A program made the position numbers and the translations under genes. Shown piece after piece: positions 27,186 to 33,585 of a stretch of 33,585 bases of DNA. The stretch's first letter is position 1. Every line of letters begins with the position of its first letter. The notes beneath the pieces were generated by a model. It made no database searches and was not told the DNA's origin. It worked only from the letters and a program-made list of their open reading frames with translations. Source of the DNA: Opitutia bacterium UBA4654. Its GTDB lineage: Bacteria > Verrucomicrobiota > Verrucomicrobiia > Opitutales > Intestinicryptomonadaceae. The stretch is from NCBI GenBank assembly GCA_002405555.1, contig DHMA01000006.1, positions 1-33,585 of the forward strand. Direction: 5' to 3'.

Positions 27186-28550
27186 CTACGACAGATTTCC
27201 CTTGCCTATGCCGCGCACACGAAAGCCGAGTTCAAGCAAAAGTCGGTGGTCGAGGCAGTTTCTGCCGTCGAAAATCCACGCGGGCGTCGTCATGGTTTTT
27301 CTGATTTTTGCGTAGTCGAGCTTTTTGAATTCGTCCCAGTGCGTTAGCAGGACAATCGCGTGCGCGTTTTCCGCCGCCTCGTAGGGCGACGCGCAAAATT
27401 CCGCGCGGGGGTCGTCCTCCGAAATGCCCAAGTCGGCGCAAATTTGGGCTTTCGGCACTTTCGGGTCGTAAAATGCCAATCGCGCGTGCTCGTTCAAAAA
27501 GTCTTTGCAAATGTCTATTGCGGGCGATTCGCGCGTGTCGTTTGTGTTTTCCTTGAACGCGAATCCGAAAATCGCAAGGCGTTTTCCGCAGATGTTGCGG
27601 AACAGGTTTTCGATTACGTTGGACGAAAAACGCCTTTTCTGGTACGCGTTCATTTCGACCACGCCGCGCCAGTACTGCGCAACTTTCGGCAGGTTGAAGT
27701 GCTCGCAAAGATACACCAAATTAAGCAGGTCTTTCTGGAAGCACGAGCCGCCGTAGCCTATCGAGCTTCTCAGGAATTTCGAGCCTATGCGAGTGTCGCT
27801 GCCGACCGCCATTGCGACCTGCTCGACGTCCGCGCCCGTAGCCTCGCACAACGCGCTGATTGCGTTTATGGAGCTTATGCGCTGCGCCAAGAACGCGTTT
27901 GCCGTGAGCTTGCTAAGCTCGCTCGACCAAAGGTTTGTTGTGATGATTCTTTCGCGCGGCACCCAGCGGGCGTAAATCGACGCAAGCGTTTCTATTGCCC
28001 TGCGCCCCGCCTCGGAGTCTTCGTCGCCGCCGATAAGCACGCGGTCGGGATTTTCCAAGTCGCGCACAGCCGTGCCCTCCGCCAAAAATTCGGGGTTGGA
28101 AAGCACCTGAAATTCGCGCCCCGTCGCGGCGAGAATCGTTTTGATTACGTCCGCCGTGCGCACGGGCATCGTCGATTTTTCGACGACTATTTTCCCGCTC
28201 TTTGCCGAACGCGCTATCGTGCGCGAGCACGCCTCCACATAGCTGAGGTCGGACGCGCTTCCCGCGCCGTAGCCGTACGTTTTCGTGGGCGTGTTGACGG
28301 AGATGAAAACGACGTCCGCCTTGTCAATTGCGCCCTCGATGTCCGTTGTAAAAAAGAGGTTTTTACCCCTGACCTCGCGAACCAGCCCGTCGAGATTCGG
28401 CTCGAAAACGGGCAGGTTGTCGGAGTTCCACGCCGCAATGCGCGCCTCGTTGACGTCGACGACGTCCACATGAATGTCCGGACATTTGCGGGCAATCATC
28501 GTCATCGTCGGGCCGCCAACGTAGCCCGCGCCAATGCAGCATATTCGCAT
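27186..28550 (-). CDS. ugd: UDP-glucose 6-dehydrogenase
   Basis: Motifs [42 protein letters not shown] (catalytic Cys) and [12 protein letters not shown]. Confidence 0.95.
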   Translation of the reverse strand: MRICCIGAGYVGGPTMTMIARKCPDIHVDVVDVNEARIAAWNSDNLPVFEPNLDGLVREVRGKNLFFTTDIEGAIDKADVVFISVNTPTKTYGYGAGSASDLSYVEACSRTIARSAKSGKIVVEKSTMPVRTADVIKTILAATGREFQVLSNPEFLAEGTAVRDLENPDRVLIGGDEDSEAGRRAIETLASIYARWVPRERIITTNLWSSELSKLTANAFLAQRISSINAISALCEATGADVEQVAMAVGSDTRIGSKFLRSSIGYGGSCFQKDLLNLVYLCEHFNLPKVAQYWRGVVEMNAYQKRRFSSNVIENLFRNICGKRLAIFGFAFKENTNDTRESPAIDICKDFLNEHARLAFYDPKVPKAQICADLGISEDDPRAEFCASPYEAAENAHAIVLLTHWDEFKKLDYAKIRKTMTTPAWIFDGRNCLDHRLLLELGFRVRGIGKGNLS

Positions 28551-28551
28551 C

Positions 28552-29811
28552 TTATTCTCTTACAAGTTTCGACTTGTTCGCGAACGCCTCTTTCGAAACG
28601 CCCTGCTTGCGCGCGCGCTGGCGCAGACGCAGCGACTGGAGCTTGATGAAGCCCGTTGCGTCGTCCTGATTGTATTCGCTCTTGACGCCTTCCATGCTCG
28701 CGATGTTCGCGTCGTAGAGGCTAAGCGGGCTCTTTCTGCCGACGCACGTGATGTTGCCCTTGTAGAGCTTGATTCTCACGACGCCGCTTACGGTGTCCTG
28801 ACTCTTGTCGATGAACGCCTGCAAAGCTTCGCGTTCGGGAGCGTACCAGAAGCCGTTGTAGATGAGTTCCGCGTACTTGGGAATAAGCGAGTCGCGCAGG
28901 TGCATAAGTTCCCTGTCCATGGTGATTGTTTCCATGTTGCGGTGCGCGAATTCGAGAATCGTGCCGCCGGGGGTTTCGTACACGCCGCGGCTCTTCATGC
29001 CGACAAAGCGGTTTTCGACGATGTCAACGCGTCCGATGCCGTTTTCGCCGCCGATTTTATTGAGCGCGCGGAGAATGTCGGAGGGCTTCATCTGCTTGCC
29101 GTCGATTGCCACGCAGTCGCCCTTTTCGAAAGTGAGTTCGAGGTATACGGGCTTGTCGGGAGCGTCTTCGGGCGAAACCGTGGTCTTGAACATGTCCTTG
29201 TTTTCGGGGACGGTCGGGTCGAACCACGGGTCTTCGAGAATTCCGGCTTCGTACGAGATGTGGAGCATGTTTCTGTCCATCGAATAGGGCTTCTTTATTG
29301 ACGCCTCTACGTTGATGTTATGCTCGCGGCAATAGGCAATCATTTCGCTTCTGCCGGGGAACTTTTCGCGGAATTCGTCTATTCTCCACGGCGAGATAAT
29401 CTGCAAGTCGGGCGCGAGAGCCGCGTAGGAGATTTCGAAGCGGCACTGGTCGTTGCCCTTGCCCGTTGCGCCGTGAGCGACTGCGTCGGCGTTTTCAGCC
29501 TTGGCGATTTCGACCTGCGCCTTTGCGATGAGCGGGCGGGCAATCGAAGTGCCGAGGTAGTACTGGCCTTCGTAAATGGCGTTTGCGCGAATCATCGGGT
29601 AGATGAAGTCGGCGACAAATTCGTCCTGCAAGTCTACGGTGTAGTGAGCAACCGCGCCCGTGGCTTTGGCTTTTTCAGCCAAGCCCGAAAGCTCTTCGCC
29701 CTGACCGACGTTTGCGGCGAATGTAACCACTTCTGCGTTGAAGCGGTCTTTAATCCACTTGACGATAACGGAGGTATCGAGGCCTCCCGAATATGCGAGA
29801 ACTACTTTCAT
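28552..29811 (-). CDS. argG: Argininosuccinate synthase
   Basis: Motifs [27 protein letters not shown] and [16 protein letters not shown]. Confidence 0.98.
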   Translation of the reverse strand: MKVVLAYSGGLDTSVIVKWIKDRFNAEVVTFAANVGQGEELSGLAEKAKATGAVAHYTVDLQDEFVADFIYPMIRANAIYEGQYYLGTSIARPLIAKAQVEIAKAENADAVAHGATGKGNDQCRFEISYAALAPDLQIISPWRIDEFREKFPGRSEMIAYCREHNINVEASIKKPYSMDRNMLHISYEAGILEDPWFDPTVPENKDMFKTTVSPEDAPDKPVYLELTFEKGDCVAIDGKQMKPSDILRALNKIGGENGIGRVDIVENRFVGMKSRGVYETPGGTILEFAHRNMETITMDRELMHLRDSLIPKYAELIYNGFWYAPEREALQAFIDKSQDTVSGVVRIKLYKGNITCVGRKSPLSLYDANIASMEGVKSEYNQDDATGFIKLQSLRLRQRARKQGVSKEAFANKSKLVRE

Positions 29812-29864
29812 TGTATTTTCCTTTTAAAAATTTCCTCTTTTATAACCCTATTTTTCCGCAATGG

Positions 29865-29893
29865 AAGCTTTTTCTTACTCTAAAACCGCGCAA
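29865..29893 (-). promoter_or_regulatory. Possible internal promoter for argG-ugd
   Basis: TTGCGC-N17-AAGCTT, directly downstream of the argF terminator. Confidence 0.35.
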
Positions 29894-29902
29894 AAGGCGG
29901 GC

Positions 29903-29935
29903 AAAAAAAACGCGCCCGTTTGCGGCGGGCGCGTT
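29903..29935 (-). terminator. Intrinsic terminator after argF
   Basis: AACGCGCCCG...CGGGCGCG stem followed by T8 on the minus strand. Confidence 0.8.
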
Positions 29936-29949
29936 CGAAAAGTTCGGAA

Positions 29950-30903
29950 TTAGAGGTCGCCCCTGTTTTTCTGCACCAAGTAGCTTACAATCGCCTTTTG
30001 GACGTGGAGGCGGTTTTCCGCCTGATCGAAAATCACGCTGCGTTTGCCGCGCAGTACGCCCTCGGAGACTTCCTCGCCGGAGTGCGCGGGCAGGCAGTGC
30101 ATGAAAACGGAGTCGTCCGCCGCCATGTCGAACAGCTTTTCGTTGACTTGGTACGGCGCGAGCGTTTTGAGGCGTTCCGCCTTTTCGTCCTCCTTGCCCA
30201 TGCTGACCCAAACGTCGGTGTAGATGACGTTCGCGCCCTTTGCGGCGTCGGCGGGGTCGCTTGTAAAGCGGTAGTTTTTGGGCAGTTTTGCGTCATCGAA
30301 AAGCTTGTCGAGCACGGGTTCGGGCGCGAATTCCTTCGGGCCGCAGAGCACGACCTCAACGCCGAACATGCTTCCAGCCAACGCGAGCGAGTACGCCATG
30401 TTGCACGCGGTGTCGCCGAAGAACGCGAACTTTTTGCCTTTGAGAGACTCGACGTTCGGTTCGCCCTTGCTGAAAACTTCCATCATCGTGAACATGTCGG
30501 TGTAGCTCTGGCAGGGGTGGAGCAGGTCGGTAAGCGCGTTGACGACGGGCAGACCCGAATTTTCGGCGAACTTTTCCACAATCTCCTGCTCGAAAGTTCT
30601 GATTACAAGCCCGTGCAGGAATCTGCCCATGATGCGGGCGGTGTCCTCGACGGTCTCGCCGCGCGAGAGTTGGAGGTCGTTTGCATTCATCATCATGGGG
30701 TGGCCGCCAAGCTCGTAGACGCCCGCCTCGAACGACAGGCGCGTGCGCGTGCTCTTTTTGAAGAAAATCAGCCCCCAGCTCTGCCCTTTGAGAACGTCGA
30801 GACGCCCCGCCGAGCGGAGTTTCTTGTAGCGGTTGGCGAGGGCGAAAACTTCTGTCGCCTCCGCGGGTGTGAAGTCGGTGTCTTTAAGAAATGATCTTAC
30901 CAT
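29950..30903 (-). CDS. argF: Ornithine carbamoyltransferase
   Basis: Motifs STRTRLSF, HPCQ, YTDVWVSMG, HCLP and QAENRLH. Confidence 0.96.
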   Translation of the reverse strand: MVRSFLKDTDFTPAEATEVFALANRYKKLRSAGRLDVLKGQSWGLIFFKKSTRTRLSFEAGVYELGGHPMMMNANDLQLSRGETVEDTARIMGRFLHGLVIRTFEQEIVEKFAENSGLPVVNALTDLLHPCQSYTDMFTMMEVFSKGEPNVESLKGKKFAFFGDTACNMAYSLALAGSMFGVEVVLCGPKEFAPEPVLDKLFDDAKLPKNYRFTSDPADAAKGANVIYTDVWVSMGKEDEKAERLKTLAPYQVNEKLFDMAADDSVFMHCLPAHSGEEVSEGVLRGKRSVIFDQAENRLHVQKAIVSYLVQKNRGDL

Positions 30904-30904
30904 T

Positions 30905-32101
30905 TTAGAGTTCTCCCAATGTTTTGTCGAAAATTTTGAGCGCCTTGTCTATTTCGGACGCCTTTACGTTCAGCGGCGGCAGGAAGCGCAGCGCGTTCGC
31001 GCCCGCGGGAATGAGAATCAGCCCGTTGCCCCTGAGTTTTTTGCAAATGTCCGCGTTGGTGTACGGCTCGTTGAAGAGCGCGGCTCGCATAAGCCCCAAG
31101 CCCCTCGTAAGTTTTACGATTTTCGGATACTTTTTGGCAATTTTCTGCAATCCGTCCGAAAGGCGTTCGCCCATCTTGGCGGCGTTCTCCACGAGTTTCC
31201 CCTTTTCGACGACGGAAATCGTCGCCAGCGCCGCCGCGCACGCGAGGGCGTTGCCGCCGAAAGTCGTGCCGTGCGAACCGGGGGTGAAGATGTTTGCGTA
31301 GGGCGCGGAAAGCCAAATCGCGCCGATGGGGAATCCGCCGCCCAAGCCCTTCGCCATCGAGACGCCGTCGGGCTTTACGCCGATTCTCTGCGACGCAAGG
31401 AACGCTCCGCAACGGCCGAAGCCGCACTGCACTTCGTCGAAGAAAAGCAGCGCCTTGTGTTTTTTGCAGAGGGCTTTCAGACCCTTCAAGAACTTCGGAG
31501 ACGCGGGCGTTACGCCGCTCTCGCCCTGAACTGGCTCTACGATTACCGCGGCGGTGTCGTCGTCAACGACCTTTTCGAACGAAGCCAAATCGTTGAACAC
31601 GGCGTAGTCGAAGCCGCCGAGCATGGGCGCAAAGCCCTTCTGGATTTTCTTCTGGGCGGTCGCGGCGACGCAGCCCATCGTCCTTCCGTGGAAGCCGTCG
31701 TATGCGGTTACGATTTTGCATTTCGCGCCCTCTTTGCCCGACACTTTCTGACCGTACAGACGCGCCGCCTTGATGAGCGCTTCGTTCGCCTCCGTGCCGC
31801 TGTTGCACAGGAAAATCTTGCCCGCGCCGATTTCCGAAACCAGTTTTTCGCAGAGGTCGGCGTTGGGTTTTGTCATGTAGAGGTTGCTGCAATGCGCGAG
31901 CGTTTCCGCCTGCTTTGCGATTGCCTTGACCCAGCGCGGGTGGCAGTGCCCTATGCTGTCTACGGCGATTCCCGCGCCGAAGTCGAGGTACTCGTTTCCG
32001 TCTTCGTCGTAAAGTTTGCAACCCTTGCCCTTGGCGACGGTGAAGTCGCGGTCGCCGAAAGTGGGCATTGCGTATTTGTAGGTTTTTTCTTTTGTCGTCA
32101 T
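30905..32101 (-). CDS. argD: Acetylornithine aminotransferase
   Basis: Motifs NSGTEANEA, FHGRT, EPVQGESG, DEVQCG, MAKGLGGG and HGTTFGGN. Lies within the arg operon. Confidence 0.93.
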   Translation of the reverse strand: MTTKEKTYKYAMPTFGDRDFTVAKGKGCKLYDEDGNEYLDFGAGIAVDSIGHCHPRWVKAIAKQAETLAHCSNLYMTKPNADLCEKLVSEIGAGKIFLCNSGTEANEALIKAARLYGQKVSGKEGAKCKIVTAYDGFHGRTMGCVAATAQKKIQKGFAPMLGGFDYAVFNDLASFEKVVDDDTAAVIVEPVQGESGVTPASPKFLKGLKALCKKHKALLFFDEVQCGFGRCGAFLASQRIGVKPDGVSMAKGLGGGFPIGAIWLSAPYANIFTPGSHGTTFGGNALACAAALATISVVEKGKLVENAAKMGERLSDGLQKIAKKYPKIVKLTRGLGLMRAALFNEPYTNADICKKLRGNGLILIPAGANALRFLPPLNVKASEIDKALKIFDKTLGEL

Positions 32102-32103
32102 GG

Positions 32104-33009
32104 TTAATCCTGTTTGGAGGAGGCAACGATTTCCGTTCCGATTCCCCTGTCGGTGAAAATTTCGAGAAGCAGGCTGTGCGGCATGTAGCCGTCCACAAAG
32201 TGCACGCGCCTTACGCCCCTGTTGATGGCGTCCACGCCGCTGTCGACTTTCGGCATCATTCCGCCGCCGATTACGCCCGACTTTTTCAGCCCCTCGACCT
32301 CGCCCACTTTCAGGTGCGAGATGAGCGTCGAGCGGTCTTTCGGGTCGCGCATGAGGCCTGGGACGTCGCAGAGAAATACGAGCCTGCGGGCTTTCAACGC
32401 CGCCGCGACCGCCGCCGCCGCGACGTCCGCGTTCGTGTTGTACGGGTGCGAATCCGCGCCGAGCGCGATGGGCGAGACCACGGGCGTGCGCCCTTCGGCA
32501 ATCGCCCTTTCGATAGGCTCGGCGATGACGGAGGAAATTTTCCCGACGTAGCCGATGTCGATTTTTTCGCCGTTTTCGCCCGCCGAAAAGAGCTTTTCGC
32601 AGCGGAGGACGTCGTTGCCGCGTATTCCGCGGGCGGAGCAGCCCTGCGATTCGAGCATTTCGACGATTTCGGCGTTGACGCCGTTGTTCAAAACGTCCTC
32701 GACAATCGAGACGGTTTTTTCGTCGGTTATGCGCATGCCGTTTTTGAATTCGGGCTGGAGACCCGCGTTCGACATCGCGCGGCTTATTGCCTTGCCGCCT
32801 CCGTGGACTACCACGACGTTTATGCCCGCCGCCGCCAGAAACGAAATGTCCTGCGCGACCGACGCGCGAACCTGCGGATTGGGGTCGTCCATAAACGCGC
32901 CGCCGTACTTGACGACGAATATCGAGCCTTTGAAGCGTCTGATATACGGCAGAGCCTCAATCAAAATCCCCGCCTTTTTGGAGGCCTCGTCTATGTTAAT
33001 GCTTTCCAT
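32104..33009 (-). CDS. argB: Acetylglutamate kinase
   Basis: Motifs EALPYI, VKYGG, VHGGG, NTNAD, GGMMPKV and LLLEIFTDRGIGT. Confidence 0.97.
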   Translation of the reverse strand: MESINIDEASKKAGILIEALPYIRRFKGSIFVVKYGGAFMDDPNPQVRASVAQDISFLAAAGINVVVVHGGGKAISRAMSNAGLQPEFKNGMRITDEKTVSIVEDVLNNGVNAEIVEMLESQGCSARGIRGNDVLRCEKLFSAGENGEKIDIGYVGKISSVIAEPIERAIAEGRTPVVSPIALGADSHPYNTNADVAAAAVAAALKARRLVFLCDVPGLMRDPKDRSTLISHLKVGEVEGLKKSGVIGGGMMPKVDSGVDAINRGVRRVHFVDGYMPHSLLLEIFTDRGIGTEIVASSKQD

Positions 33010-33048
33010 TTCAAATTAACCGTTTTTGATGTTGGCAATCGGGCGGTA

Positions 33049-33585
33049 TTATTCGCCCTTATTGAAGTTGACGTAGCCCTCGGTGAGGTCGGCGGCGAGA
33101 ATTGACTCTTCCGCAGTGCCGAGATTGAGGTTCATGAGAATTGTGAAAGTTTTGTTGGAAACGATTTTCCTCCAAAGCGGCTTGTTTTCGTCTACGGGCT
33201 GCCCTTTGCGGAGCACTTCCACGCCGTCGTAGAAGAGGTCGAGCTTGTCGAGGACAAGACCCGTGCGCGCGTATCCCGCGGCGTCGGTAAGGCGTCCCCA
33301 GTTGGGGTCGCAGCCGAACCACGACGACTTCACAAGAAGCGAATTGCCGATTGAGCGGCAGATTTTCTCGGCCTGCGCCTCGTCGCGCGCGCCGACCACT
33401 TTCACCTCCACGACTTTCGTGATTTTCTCGCCGTCGCCCACGATTTTGCGAGCCAAAACCCTCGACGCCTCGACGACCGCCGCGCGGAACGCCTCAATCG
33501 CGTCGGCGTCTTTTTCGGAAATCTCCACGCCGCTTGCGCCGTTGCAAAGGCAGAGCACGGTGTCGTTCGTGCTCATGTCGCCGTC
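33049..33585 (-). CDS. argJ: Ornithine acetyltransferase / N-acetylglutamate synthase ArgJ; 5' part lies outside the window
   Basis: Motifs DGDMSTNDTV, IVGDGE, SLLVKS, DPNWGR and DLTEGYV. The frame is open to the window edge. Confidence 0.95.
   Translation of the reverse strand, partial: DGDMSTNDTVLCLCNGASGVEISEKDADAIEAFRAAVVEASRVLARKIVGDGEKITKVVEVKVVGARDEAQAEKICRSIGNSLLVKSSWFGCDPNWGRLTDAAGYARTGLVLDKLDLFYDGVEVLRKGQPVDENKPLWRKIVSNKTFTILMNLNLGTAEESILAADLTEGYVNFNKGE

Noticed and set aside
29812..29949. ArgR box upstream of argG
   Set aside because: No convincing TGAAT-N4-ATTCA-like palindrome.

Overview
A gene-dense chromosomal segment from a Gram-negative bacterium (kdsA, a TolC-family channel and lipoproteins are present). 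The protein style suggests Verrucomicrobiota/Opitutales, but this is an unverified inference. From left to right: the 3' end of a UDP-L-FucNAc polysaccharide-precursor locus (wbjC/fnlB-like and wecB/fnlC-like), a secreted GH13, pyrG-kdsA, rhaA-rhaT, glycerate kinase-proC, a PEGA lipoprotein, a small secreted protein, an IMPase-family gene with nadC, prfA-prmC-yhcH, tRNA-Cys(GCA), a four-gene MacAB-TolC-type efflux operon, an orphan HigA-like HTH gene, a ~870-aa GH42-like lipoprotein, leuA, and argJ(partial)-argB-argD-argF / argG-ugd. I see no CRISPR array, integrase, transposase, phage or defence genes, and no unambiguous new multi-gene system. The best leads are regulatory: (1) an orphan HigA-type HTH gene with a perfect palindrome over its own promoter, divergent from the efflux operon; (2) two mutually exclusive hairpins in the pyrG leader; (3) repeated leaderless-mRNA promoter geometry, including prfA; (4) a degenerate c-di-GMP-I-like intergenic element. 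All functional calls come from recalled motifs, not from database searches.
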